64,000 nucleotides of DNA from Nymphaea colorata. Lineage: Eukaryota. Where the stretch lies: assembly GCF_008831285.2 (NCBI RefSeq), contig NC_045138.2, forward strand, positions 38,502,001 through 38,566,000. Direction: 5' to 3'. Shown piece after piece: positions 43,601 to 56,724 of the stretch. The notes under the pieces were generated by a model. That model saw only the letters and a list, made by a program, of their open reading frames with translations. It was not told the origin of the DNA and searched no databases. Positions within the stretch are counted from its first letter, which is position 1, and every line of letters begins with the position of its first letter. A program made the translations under genes and the position numbers.

Positions 43601-45724
43601 CTTGACAATGATGTCAAATTTCTTGGCCCGTATCCTTCGTATTTGACCTTGGTTTCCAGGGATTAGTCAATGTAGTTACTGGAGGGTTCTCAGTTGGCTT
43701 GTCGAAAGCAGAACTTGGGAGGGCATCTTTAGTCTTTGAGGTTTTCTTCATTGCATGCATGATTACTCACAAACACACTCATTTAGGGAAAAAATGATCT
43801 TCTTATTGTTTTTCTTTTCCATTTTAAACTTCCTCACATCGCTCGGAATCGCACTATCACTGGAAGGTGGTCTTGATTGACGCATGAATGATTGTGAATT
43901 GCCTGCCTTCACCCAAAGTCTCTCACAAGAACCATGCTTAAGCATCTCAAGGAAACAGGACGACCCTGCCCTGTCGGTTGGTCCTGCAATGTTTATGGTT
44001 CTCATGTTATCCTTGATCATCTATTTCGCACAGAATGCTTGATCCATCAATTGCAGTGGCCATTGCAGAAGGTCACATCAATCCGCTTACCTTTGAGGCC
44101 TTTTGCAGTTCCCGTCCCCAGATCAATGTCGACCAAGAACAAAGCAGCTTCACCATTTTCTCTGCCGAAGAGATGAGAGTAGATGCAACTGCAGGTTAGT
44201 GGCATCAGAAAAGAAGACATCTTTTCACTGCATCGTACGATTCTTACCACGATAGACCAGGAAAAAGAGTAGCTACTATGTTATACATGGATTGTTAGTA
44301 CATATCAGGTTTCTATTATATATATATATATATTACAAAGAAAAAAAAAACTTCAAAAACAAGTCCGCTCATGTTTAGCCGGAGTATTTGAGTACCTTTA
44401 ATCTATTTTAAATTAACATCTTCAGATTTGGAACTCCATGGATTTAAGAACTGACCTCCCCTCTCGGAGATCTGACTACAAAACCAAAATGACGATTTCA
44501 GTGTTGACTTTTGGTTTGACTTAAAATCCTTCATTTGATGATCTTTTGTCACAGGATGCCACATGATGGATCTAAAATCTGAGGTAACCAAATCATAGGC
44601 TAATCGAACGAAGAATATATGGTCACTTCGGGTCTTTTACCAGCCATACTTCCTGGATCTCCTTGCACCTTTTTATTTTCTCCCATTTTTATCTCTCTTC
44701 GGCAAACCTGTTGAATAATACTCTTCATATGTTTGCTGATGTAGAACGCGGGACAGAAGAAGCGAATCATGAAGCCAATCAAAATCCTGATCACCATGAT
44801 GATGAAAGGTTTATAAGGGAAGTTGCAGCTCTGGGAAGCCTTTATGCTGCCAACTCCGCAGCAAAGAGCAGCCAGATCTTGATGGAAGACAAAGAGGTAG
44901 CTTTTCCTGATAACAATCCCTTCAGCAACAAGAAGAGAAAAAAGGGTGATGGTGTTGCTGATGAAAGAGTCACAGAATGTAAAGTGAGCGTTGTTATCGG
45001 CGACCTATCACGCATCAGTAACAATGAAGATAGTGACGACGGTGGTTGTGGTGGTTGCAGTTCCAGAATTAATGCACTGGGAAGCCCTTGTGCTACTAAT
45101 TCTACAGACAAGAGCTGCCAAGTCGTGATGAAAGAAAAAGCACTATCCTTCCTCAATAACAACCCCTTCAGCAACAATAAGAAGAGAAAAAAGAGCGATG
45201 ATGTTGCCTGTAAAAAATCCGGTGGTGAAGTGGTCTCGGTCTTTAGTGGGTCCCTCTCATGCGTCACTAGCGATGAAGGCAGTGGTAATGGCGGTGCTGG
45301 TGCTGGCAGTAATAGTGACGGACTTGTTGATTCACTAGGGAGCCTTCCTGCTGCTAATGCTGTATCAGAAGGAAGGCAAATCGTGACGAAAGGAAAACCA
45401 GTAGGCTGTTTGGATGAGATTCTCTTCAGGAACGAGAAGAAGAGAAAAAAGGATGATCATGGCACCGACGAGAACTTCACGGACCGTGAAGAGAAAATCG
45501 TTCTCAGGGAGCCTCTCTCTTGCGTTACTAGCGATGAAGATAGTATCAATGGGGGCCGTCGTGGTGGTGGTGGTGATGGACTTGTTAATGACGCGTTGAT
45601 TTCTGATTCTCAGAAAAGCGTTAACTCTCGACCTGCAAAGTCTATTAGTTCAAAAAACAGGAGATCCAGGAAGGTTGTTTCTGGTAAGGATGGTGGCATT
45701 CTTAAGTTTTTTGCTCGCTTGTGA
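40658..45724 (+). CDS. EXO1: Exonuclease 1 (XPG/Rad2 family, EXO1B-type)
   Basis: 12 phase-consistent exons: 40658-40735, 40830-40866, 40946-41123, 41350-41428, 41560-41604, 41702-41851, 41933-42047, 42160-42260, 43337-43434, 43537-43629, 44034-44194 and 44745-45724. Motifs [49 protein letters not shown] and [14 protein letters not shown]. Confidence 0.93.
43630..44033 (+). other. U12-type (minor spliceosome) GT-AG intron of EXO1
   Basis: 5' splice site GTATCCTTC. Branch-like TATCCTTGAT at 44008-44017, ~17 nt before CAG, with no long polypyrimidine tract. Splicing restores [17 protein letters not shown]. Confidence 0.85.
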
Positions 45725-47482
45725 TATTTATTGCATAACAAGGCTTGAAGTGTGCCTGTTACACTCACCTGCCATGGGAAGGCGATGCGGCTGAAGCTTT
45801 TTTATCTAATGGTGCGTCCCCTTCTTTTCATGGACAACTTTCTTATGGAAAGTTAATCTGCTGAGAAAAAGGCTGAAAAATCACCTAAAAGTTCTGGTAG
45901 TTTGTTCTCACTTTAACCTTCCAGTGGCTCTGCTTTGTAACCATTTTGCTCTAGAACAGAGAAATATTTTGAATCTTAACGAAACATTGTCGGCATAAGC
46001 CTTGAATCCTTGTATCCCATTTAGAGCCAAGGACATCGTTTGGGGTTTATTTTGATATTAGATCTAAACCTGATCTTACTACGTGACAAACTTATGCATG
46101 TTAAAAGGTTTTGAAAGAATTAAAGAATCGATTGAGATTGATTGTGAACACCTTTCTGTTCTTCTTTTCATTTCCTGATTTCCCTTTAGCATTAGTATTA
46201 GTTTCATTTTAAATAATATATTCAATTCAGTAATGCCTTCAGTATCAGTTTCATGGAGCTGATCCTCCTAATTTATCGGATCTAAAGGCTCCTAACAGGT
46301 CAGATCGGAGGCTCGGTTCTGAACCAAGGATCCAAACACCAAAATATGGTTCATCGTTCGACATGCATCGGGCTGTAATGGCCTTTTCTTTTAGAAAAAA
46401 TTAAACGTTTAAAAGAATTCTGTTGCTAAAAATGATCATGCAAGCCAAAATACTTGGGCCCCCAAAAGGATGGGGGCACTTCAGTTCAAGTTACAGTGAC
46501 TAAAAATGGAATCCCCAAAATCCACCAACAAAATTTAGTGGGTATGGAAAAGTACATATTCTCCAAGAAAAAAAATTTGTACAAAGCAATTGGGTCGCCC
46601 CATCAATCAGATCCGTACAGCAAGTTCCATGATCCAAACTCGATTTGCCTGGTACTAAAGTATGTGGAATGCAACGAATTGGACTTGGTCAGGTAAAGTA
46701 CAAGAAGTTTCGGATCCATAAGAGCCAAAATATCCACATCTTTATTGATGCTGGACTTGAATCGAGCCGGCTGGCCTTAGGAGTGATACTTTTGGTGCTA
46801 TGGATGGACTTTGGATTTGGACTTGATAGAAAGAGACCATTTTAACTAAACCCAATTTAGGTGGTACAGTTGGCTGATGGATCTAGTGAATTCCCTTAAT
46901 ATGAGCACACGATTTATGGCCTTTGATTGTAGGTGTAGTCAGCCCAAATATTCTATTTTAACGTCGTTGGTTGTCAAGCAATTGAGGCATTATGAAGTTA
47001 TAAAAAGTTGGGCTACTTTTTCGAGAAGCATCATCCTGCCAAAGATATCAAGACTCTAAATCAAGTTCCCGCTCTAGTTTTTTCTTGGCTTTACTAGTTT
47101 TGGTGATTGAGGTTCGTCCATATATATATATATATATATATGTATGTATATATATATATAAATGTATGCAAACAAAATCAGATATAATTATGTTTCTTGA
47201 ATATGATTTCTTATGAACTCAACAGCGTCCGTAGTGCTAGATATAAAATTGCTGTATAAACAAAAACAATGAACCTATGTTTTCTGTGTAGGAAATACCA
47301 GTAGCACCATCCACTTAGATTGACCGAAAGAATCAATCAACTTAATTATCAGACAAAGTCGCGCAAGAAAAGTTGCAGCTGAACGTCATTGCGGGAAGTT
47401 TTTTTTGCAACCGTACCATGCAATAGCTTACAGTTTAGTCCGCCCTGTGGAAATGTTCAAAAGAGGGGAGGGACGGGGAAGT

Positions 47483-47533
47483 AGAAGGTGCAGGAAGGCG
47501 GTAGGCGGGACGGGGTCTGGAAGTTTCTAGATG
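47483..47533 (+). promoter_or_regulatory. Imperfect heat-shock elements upstream of the J-protein gene
   Basis: GAAggTGCagGAA (47484-47496) and GAAgtTTCtaGAt (47520-47532), each an alternating nGAAn array with one mismatch, 250-300 bp upstream of the ATG. Confidence 0.5.
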
Positions 47534-47778
47534 GTGCTTCTCTTTCCCGTTTAATCTTTCTCCACCCCTTTCTTGGACATCTTGACAGATCCTCGAAGTC
47601 TCTGCTTCTTTGTCATCTCCCTCTCTTTCTTTCTCTCACATTTATCCTCCCTCCTTCACAGCTATCGTCTATTATTATCATCGTCGTCGTCGGTTCATAA
47701 CACAGAGGCAGGGAAGGTCAATCATTTGAAGGAGAAGCTTACAAGAAGCGGCGGCGACATTCAGGAGGAAGCAAAGGC

Positions 47779-50700
47779 ATGGGTGTCGACTACTATAAGA
47801 TTCTTCAGGTGGACAGGGGAGCGAAAGACGATGATCTCAAGAAGGCTTACAGGAAATTGGCCATGAAGTGGCACCCCGACAAGAACCCAAACAACAAGAA
47901 GGAAGCAGAAGCCAAATTCAAGCAAATCTCGGAGGCCTACGACGTACCCATCTCCTCTCCCTCCTTTTATCTCGTATGGCTTGTCTCTCTAGATTGTATT
48001 ATCTGGTTTTTGACCCACTAACGTAGGTTATGGTCTTGATCAGGTGCTAAGTGATCCCCAGAAGCGTGCGATCTATGATCAGTACGGGGAGGAAGGGTTG
48101 AAGGGGCAGGTGCCGCCGCCGGGATCAGGTGGTTCCACTTTCTTCTCCACTGGAGACGCCGGAGGTCCCAACGTCTTCAGGTTCAACCCGCGGAATGCCG
48201 ATGACATCTTCGCCGAATTTTTCGGGTTTTCGACCCCGTTTGGCGGCATGGGTGGTGGCCCGCGAGGAGCTTCGAGGTTTGGCGGGAGTATGTTCGGCGA
48301 TGATTTCTTCGGATCGTTCGGTGAGGCCTCGATGCATCAGCATCAGCATCAGCAGCAGCCGCGGAAGTCTGCTCCTGTTGTGAATAATCTGCCCTGTAGC
48401 CTGGAGGATCTCTATAAAGGCACCACCAAGAAGATGAAGATCTCGAGGGAAATCGCAGATGCTAGTGGGTGAGTTGTTTAAGTCAATCTGGTTTGCATTG
48501 TTTTGCTGGTTAATCTTTTGAGGAACTCATGATATGAATGGTCCCATGCTATGCTAAATTCACGACGTGAATTGGGTTCTTGTTTGATTGCTTGACACGA
48601 TTTCTGGTAATACAATTTTACTCTACACGTATTCCCTATCTGCTACTGGAAATTCCTCATTCCCGATTTTTTTTCTTTGGGAGATAAAATGAGTATTGGC
48701 TTGTTTCGAAGTTCTTTTGTATGGTTTTATCCCCCCCTTTTCTAGATAAATTTGGTTAGTCCAGGTCATCGGGCTTTTGTTCACTCAAAGGTTATAGGAT
48801 TAAAATGAGACGGAATGCTTCTTTTGTCCGATAAACTTAGGGACGCCCCTAAGCGCTCATGGCATCATTACGAATACACAAGCCAAAACTGTGAAAGCCT
48901 AGAAATATGAAGATTTTGATATGGCAAGCTGTACATATTCTAAGTTTCTTCTTAATGGTTCAATGATCAGAAAATGCACTGGTATTTTCTCAATCATTTT
49001 AAAAATTGAATGGTATGTGGCCCTTTGTTGCTTGCGCAATTATTTGGGGTATACTGCACAATCATTCTTGTCCATGGTTGCAATAGATAAACAACCTTAG
49101 AAGGCTAAGCTTTTCCTTCAATTAGTTCCTGCAGCTGGGTCATTGATAAAAGTGTCTTTTTCTTTCCTGTCCAGCGAAAGAAATAGAAAAGCCTCAATGA
49201 AGAGGCTCCTTACTTTTATCAGGCTCAAAATGAACGTAGCTCTAAGTTGGTCTTTTCCAGAAGTGGTTTCTCCTAAGAGTTAAACTTCAACCCACTTTGT
49301 GACAATAGCACTTCATTTCTGTGCCTAATGGTAGCCTTATCCAGAATGAATATCAGTACAAATGTTACTATCTCAGAATATATTTATGACTCCAGCAGAT
49401 GCGCAAGTGCTTTTGTTCCAGAATCACGTTTGTGGGCAATCTAATATGCGATGATATAGTGTTCTAAAATTGTTGTTATTGCCTTTTTAAGCTCTCTTTA
49501 TGGTAGGTGGCATTATAAAATTGTAGAATTTCCAATGTAAATCATGTGAAACCCTTGCTTTTGCAGAACCTTTGTTTGTGTGCGTTTGATAATTCTTGTT
49601 CTCCTTATTTGCACTTCTTGCATTTAATTGGTCAGGTTTTGCAGCTCGTAGTAATTGTTTTCACCATGACCATTGGTAGCTTAATAATGCACATCTATTT
49701 GGTTTAGTTATATCTTGACTTTGTGAAGTGTAATAATTCATATCTATATTTGAAATTCAGTGTGAGTTCAAGATGCAAGTCTCTTAGCCATTTGAAAAAA
49801 AGAGTTCAAGTGGGCTCTTCCATTTAGCATGAATGGTGACTGTGCAAAAGAATTTTCATAGGGTTATATGTCATAATTGAAAGAATCAAATTATTTTCAT
49901 TATTACTTATGAAATGCATCATATGAAATGCCAGCCTCTAACTGTTAGTTGCACAAGTAGGGTATTGTTGAGGAGCAGATATTGCTTAAGCAGATAACCT
50001 TTCTAGTTTCTACAAAATCAACCTAGTGTGTATGAGGGCAGGGCACATGAGCAGTTCTTTCAAGCATAATGACATTATGAGCCAGGGATTTTCTGCTAGA
50101 GTGCTAGGTAACAGTTGTTTCCTACACCATATCCTTCAGCTGATCATTTGATTGCCTAATGGAGGCTAATTGGTTGCCTATCTTAGTTGTAAAGTGTCTC
50201 ACCCATCTCTTTCCTATACTTCTCAAGCGGGGTTTATTTTATCGAAATTTTATGATACCATGTATAATTTTGACTCTCGAGTTAATTGAGTTATGCACAG
50301 TCCACCTGCAGGAAAAGTATATCTTATAGAGGAACCTGCCATTTCCTTTCAATTATTGGGAACAAAATTTCCAAAAGATTTGATTGTAGTTGAATAGTTT
50401 TATGGGGGGTAAGGGACTTGGTTGGTCATTGCAAGATGATAGTATCAATTACTGTGGTGAGTCCATTGCAGCATGTACGGCTTCAGAGTAATTTCCAGAA
50501 GTGATGCAAAGTTTGCTTAATGTTTCGATCATGGGCTTCTGAGGTGTTTGGCGCTGGTGTTTAGATTTCATCAGTGCCTTTTCCTACTTCATCCTAACTC
50601 CAAGTGGTGCTGTGACATTATAAACTATTTACTGGTCTCATGCAGAAGATTTTGGATGATTCAGGGGTTATTAGCATGGCACAGTTATCTTGGTTATCCA

Positions 50701-52204
50701 ACTTCGTCGAACATCATTCAAGGGTATCTGAGGCCAAAAAAAAAAAAAAAAAATAGCACCCATATTCTTGTAAACTTGCATGAAGAAAGAAGTGATCTTC
50801 ATCTAGCATGAAAATTTTCCTGGTTGGCATGTTTCATGTGCATATTTTATCCACAATAGTTCAGTCCACTATGCACCATCTCATTGTAATGACTAATATT
50901 GCAAATTTGAAGCTAGGTTGGACTATCATGCTGGCAACTCTGTCTTGCAACATAAAATTTCTTTGTTGTCTACTACTTAAGGCCATGGGAAGCTGAGTGC
51001 TTAAATTATTCTATGATGGTAGAGTAGAGTAAAGGTTTTATTGTGTGGGAGGTGTGTGGGTGGTTGTGCATTAAGTATGGAATTGGTACACCTGATTGAG
51101 AACTGAATCGATAATCCACCTGATCGTTTATGATGATGATGATTAGTTAGCCATGAGATTGCTAATAATTAAAACGAGTATAAAAGCTGTGCAATTTTAG
51201 CTCATGTTTATATCCTGCATCTTGTTGGTCGGAGCTTGCTGTAGGAATGATATTTTATTTACCTGTGGCTGTGCAGGTATAAAGTGCACCATTGCTATAT
51301 GCACATGTAATCATGTATTTCTTGTGAGTGCAATTGTATGCATGTAGTCATGCATCTTGTTGCTCAGAGCTTGAACAATTCTTTTTACTTACCTGTAGCT
51401 GCACTGGTATATAGTGCATCATGGGTGTATGCACATGCAGTCTTGTGCCTTTGTTTGTGTGCGTGCATGTGCCCCACATACGTAAAGTAAATTGAGTCCT
51501 TATTTACTGTTGTGGAGAAACCTCTCCCAGTATCATGTAAGAGTATCACGAGAGGGAACATAGATTATCTATTAACTTATTTGATCTGCTTCACACTGTG
51601 TGTGCGTCTCTTTAGGTAATGTCTTAAAAACGGTCGGAATATATGTTTAGTTTTGATGAACTACTTATTTTTGTTGTTGGCATCTTTTCTACCTGTTACT
51701 TAAAAAGCAACATTGGGTTTCATTGTACTCAGACTTTGATTTACTCCTGTGGATGCAATCAGGAAAACTCTTCCAGTTGAGGAAATATTGGTAATAGAAG
51801 TGAAGCCAGGATGGAAAAAGGGAACCAAGATCACATTTCCGGAGAAAGGCAATGAGCAACCTAATGTCATTCCTGCGGACCTTGTTTTCATCATTGACGA
51901 AAAGCCACACAACGTGTACACAAGGGAGGGCAATGACTTGGTCACCACGCAGAAGGTTTCTCTGGTAGAAGCTCTAACCGGTTTCACGGTCCACTTGACG
52001 ACACTTGATGGAAGGAGCTTATCCATCCCAATCACCAGCATCATACATCCTGACTATGAAGAGGTGGTCCCTAAAGAGGGAATGCCCGAGCCCAAGGATC
52101 CGTCCAGAAGAGGTAATCTAAGGATCAAGTTCAACATAAAGTTCCCCCCAAGATTAACAGGCGAACAGAAGGCAGGCCTGAAGAGGCTGCTGGCAGCTCC
52201 ATAA
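47779..52204 (+). CDS. Class II (type B) cytosolic DnaJ/Hsp40 J-domain protein
   Basis: Exons 47779-47943 (J domain with HPD), 48044-48468 (G/F region, DIF motif, [11 protein letters not shown]) and 51763-52204 ([15 protein letters not shown]...[12 protein letters not shown]). No zinc-finger domain. Confidence 0.95.
51217..51447. repeat. Diverged ~135 bp tandem duplication in DnaJ intron 2
   Basis: GCATCTTGTTG...GAGCTTG...TTACCTGT(G/A)GCTG...GGTATA(A/T)AGTGCA...TATGCACATG occurs twice. Confidence 0.7.
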
Positions 52205-53053
52205 GTTAAAAAGAAAAGATTGAATGAAAGAAGAAGAAATGGAGCCGTTGCCTTTCCATGTAACTCTATGGTTGCATTGCATGTACTTGGAATAGAGGGT
52301 CGATTTTGTATGTTTAAGTAGCTTATTTTAGAACGTCAAGTTGTATGTAATATCCGTGTTGCAACCGGGGTGTTTGCTGAACGTTGTGATTAATTTTTTC
52401 CTGCAAGCTCTTTCTATCGCTCATCCTCTCTCTCCGCTTTTGGGTGGGAGAAATTTAGCCTTGCAGGTGGGTTCTGCATACCTGAATCTAAGATACATTG
52501 CAGTCTTTATAACAAAGTTTCGGCTTGTTAGAATTTGGGTGGTGTCAAAATTAGTTTCTTTCGCATTAGTTTTTTATTATAAAATCAGGTTCTTACAAAG
52601 CGAGGAAATGGGTGGTAGAAACTTTTTACATGAGAAAACAAGTGAACTGAACTGCATTAGCACGGATCTTATAAATCGAGCTTCATATTCAGATGAAGAA
52701 AGGAAAGACGTGCAGGTAGAATGGTAGTCCAAAAGCTGCTTTCGGTAACAACGTTGATCTGTAACTTACTCATTGGCAAGTCTGTTTTGTTCCAACGACA
52801 TAGAGTTCCAGAGAAAAATTTTACATCAAAACGGGAGGCTAAGTAAAGTTTCTTGAAATTTGAGCCGAATTGTTTTGTAACTGCCTAAACCGAAAAAAAT
52901 AGGCACACCTTTTGAATATGGTAGTCTGTGACTGTTCCATGTCCATTCCAGTACCTAATTCGAGCGATGCGACAGTCCTCAGTTGCAGCTCCATGCAAAA
53001 GCTTTTCCCTCTCTGTCTCGCACTCTCTCCTGGTTTCTTTTCCCTTAAATGTG

Positions 53054-53221
53054 GATTGAGTTTCCCTTTTCCCTCTTTTTCCCAATTTTGTTGTAGATTG
53101 AGTTTCCCTTTTCCCTCTTTTTCCCAATTTTGTTGTAGATTGAGTTTCCCTTTTCCCTCTTTTTCCCAATTTTGTTGTAGATTGAGTTTCCCTTTTCCCT
53201 CTTTTTCTCAATTTTGTTGTA
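53054..53221. repeat. 42-bp minisatellite, 4 copies
   Basis: GATTGAGTTTCCCTTTTCCCTCTTTTTCCCAATTTTGTTGTA x4, with one substitution in copy 4. Confidence 0.97.
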
Positions 53222-53935
53222 GGGACTTTGTCTTCTTTCTGTCGCTTGCCAGTTTCCCTTCCTCTCATACCACTGCCATTGCCTGACTTTTCATTGTAGA
53301 TCAAATTAATACATTCGACCATCTTAGCTTTCACATAACCAACTTAAACAGTGACGTTGACTATCTAGAGTTACTCAGAGCGGGCGGCAGATCGATGATT
53401 GAAAGAAAAACATAAAGAAAGGTAAGAACTAATAATATGAATGACAAAAATACTTATCTCTTTGTTTTTTTCTTAACCGCCATTCATGATAAAATTGATA
53501 TATACTAAGAATTCATCAAAATGTACCCATCTCTCGCTATGACCAATTCCAACTGCTAAATTTAATCACAATGAATTTGCAAGAAAGTGAGCTTGAACTC
53601 AATAAAGTACAAGATTGTACCTTCGACAACCCTCTCCTTCTGGCTTCTGATTTGTGGCGGAATGGGTCTAGAAATAACAACAATAATAATAATAACGGAA
53701 ACCCGTGGGGCGCTATCCTTTCAATGACGAAATTTCGTCGTGCTTGCTTGGAGGAAAGTTATGGTCTTTAGCGTTTACGCTGTTGAGAAAACGAGTCAAG
53801 GGACTCTTTTCCTTCATAATGCATGTGACCCATTATGTCCCAACATTGGGCATGTTTTTGCTACATAATTTGGATTTAAAAACTGGGGTGCCAATATCCA
53901 CTGTTTGTTTAAACAACGAGTCCACAAACACAAAG

Positions 53936-54730
53936 TGTGGATTTCATATCGACTTCATGTTTGAATTATAAAGTTATCAAACATAGCTTAAAATAAAGAC
54001 GTAAAAAATAAATAAAAAGAAGAATAGAGAAAAGGAATCGGGCGAGTTTGTGACTCTTGAGAGGAGTTGGAGGAGGTCGCTTTGGAGACAAAATTTCCTC
54101 GAATCTATGAGCTGCCCCACATCCCTCCATAGGCGGGCTCGGCCAGGTCTTCTACAAGGTGGAACCTCCACACCCTTTAGCATGATTGGTCTCTCCCTTC
54201 CCTTGGTATTACTTTTTCTAGTATAATTTATGACGGGATTGATTTTTCTTTGTTGTTTGAATTTTTTTGTGTTATAAAATTGTTTTCTTGTTGGATAATA
54301 AAGGACTTAGAAGTTGAAACTTGTCCAAAGGAGTCCAACATTTTTTACTTAATTGTGGATTTCATATCGACTTCATGTTTGAGATATAAAGTTATCAAAC
54401 ATAGCTTAAAATAAGTAAAAATTAAAATAAAGGCATAATAAATAAATAAATAAATAAAACAATAGAAAAAAAAGGGCATAGAATGTCTGCACCCATCGAC
54501 AACTTGAGAGGAGTTGGAAGAGGTTGCTTTCGACACAAAATTTCCTCGAATCTATGACCCTCATGTCACAGCTACCCTTTGGGGCCCACATCTAAGTGGG
54601 TCCATTCTTCTACATGATTGGTCTCTCCTTCGGTATTACTTTTTCTAGCGGGACGGGATTGATTTTTCTTTGTTGTTTCTTTTTTTTTTTTTTCCTGTGT
54701 TATGAAATTGTTTTCTTTTTCGATAATAAA
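53936..54730. repeat. Diverged tandem duplication of a ~400 bp unit
   Basis: TGTGGATTTCATATCGACTTCATGTTTGA...AAAATTTCCTCGAATCTATGA...CATGATTGGTCTCTCC...GGTATTACTTTTTCTAG...GACGGGATTGATTTTTCTTTGTTGTTT...GATAATAAAG, starting at ~53936 and ~54354. Confidence 0.85.
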
Positions 54731-56265
54731 GCACCTACCGAGAAAAGGGCGAAGGTCTCGCTATTCTCCAATTTAAAATATAAGGGAAAATGGTGCAAAG
54801 TTTTTTCCTTTTTTTCTGCTAGAAAGGACTCAAAATTGGATCTACGTTCATGCAATGTTTGACACAATATGAAAGTGAAAATGATGTGAAGTTTGTTGTT
54901 TTCATCACTAAAAAAAGACTCCTATTGACCTTTCATAGATAGCGCTTGCCAGATTTTAAAGAACAAAAGTGAAAATGGTGTAAAGCTTTTCCTTGTTCAT
55001 CACTAAAAAAGGACTCAAAATTTTCATCTTTTAGCTCAACAAAGCCAAACCAGAGAAGGAAAAAAAAGAGCAATTCCTGTTGACCAATTCGACATGTTGG
55101 TGGCGATTTCTTGTCGAAAGCGGACAGAGTTATGACAGTTTTCCTGATATTTTGTTTCTTTATGCCATTCTTAGTTTGACCAAAATCATTTTTCATATAT
55201 TGAAATTAATTCGAGTTCAAACTTCAAACATGTTTAAAAGTATATATCTTATACTATGTGTTATAAGTTTGTCGAACATTTTTACCGTCGCAGGTGGAAC
55301 GACAGAAAACACAAGTCACACTCTCTCATAGTTTTGTAACATAAAGTATAAATATGGACCATAAATCTATGGAAAAATACTACCTAGAATTGTATTTTAG
55401 TCTACATTGTAGGGAAGGATGGCCTTTTAAAATGATAAGGTGTGGACTTAATTTGACACTTCCACATCCCTTGACCAACCTGTTGATGATGTAAGCAGTC
55501 TGGACCCAGTGGCCCAAAGTTGACTGACTCTCAGATCCATTCTCATTATTGTCGTCTTTAAGAACCCATAATTGACTTTTCAAATCAAACACAAGATGGA
55601 CTATCTTAAGAACAAAACTCTATATTGAATCGGGTCATGTCCTGCACTCAGCTTCCAACTCAAATGCAAAAACTGTATGTCAATTCAACTTTACGCTAGT
55701 CAGATCAGAGGTTAGATGTGAGCTTCGGCTCTCTATTGAGCAGTAGGTCTCCTTCACTCATCTGAAATTCAACTTTGAAGTTAAAAAAAAAAAACAATTT
55801 TACACTAAATGGCTTCAAATTAGAGCGTCATCGCGTTCTAAGGGGTTTGGCATAACTGGTTGAGCCAGTGACTGTAAAAAATGAGCTCCGGGTTTAAATT
55901 TTATGAGCACCAACCTCTTTCATAAGCCAAAGCAAGCATAAGCCCTGAGAGTGCTAGTTTTAGGGTTTTACACTGTTAGACAAGCGATCAAAGTCTTTCG
56001 CCTTAACCACGATTTCCTAGAAAGTAACTATTTTCTCAACTATTAATAAATTAAACTTAGCAAACTTGTTTGCATGATGGAATCTATTCCTGAAAAAGGT
56101 TTCAGTTATTAACTTATTATTTCTTTTCTCTATTGTTGGTCAAAAAGGTGCATTGTTTGGTTGGCTGGCTGTTAGCAGAGGGTCTCTTTCATCGGTCACC
56201 TTTTTGGATTGGATCACTTTTTATCTACACGCATGTTCCAGAGAGAGAAAGAATCTTGGTGTGTG

Positions 56266-56297
<32 letters not shown>

Positions 56298-56572
56298 TTT
56301 TGATAATCTCCGATCGACTGGTGTTGGCAGTTGCTTATATGAACTCATATTCTTCATATTAGCTATCTACATAGTTTAGTTTATTACATGTTGGTGTCTT
56401 GATTTTTTATGTTAGTGCTTCTTAATAAAAATTTTTTTGACTTTGCCAATGTTCTAATGAATTGAAAATATAAATAGATGCACAATTGCTAAAAAACATA
56501 TACCACACATTTACTCTTGTGATAAATTCATACGAAAATACAAGGGTTGACTGCAAAAAAGGCTTGCCTTGC

Positions 56573-56724
56573 TAGGGATGAACATGTGGGTGCCTAATAT
56601 ACACTTGTTCGCCGGGCCTACCTACCCGCTTTAGGGTGCGGGTAGACACGAAAAATGGCCGAAATCTGGTTTGAGGATTCTGTCAAATTTTTATTAATGC
56701 CGGACCAACCCATTTGCAACCCTA
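56573..56724. mobile_element. Short hAT-like MITE remnant
   Basis: Imperfect TIRs TAGGGATGAACATGTGGGT / ACCCATTTGCAACCCTA with internal ACCCG/CGGGT motifs. No clear 8-bp TSD. Confidence 0.5.

Noticed and set aside
52885..53334. Repetitive ORFs on both strands (KLGKRGKRETQSTT)n; also considered as a CRISPR-like array
   Set aside because: They result from a stop-free 42-bp minisatellite. There are no unique spacers and the context is eukaryotic.
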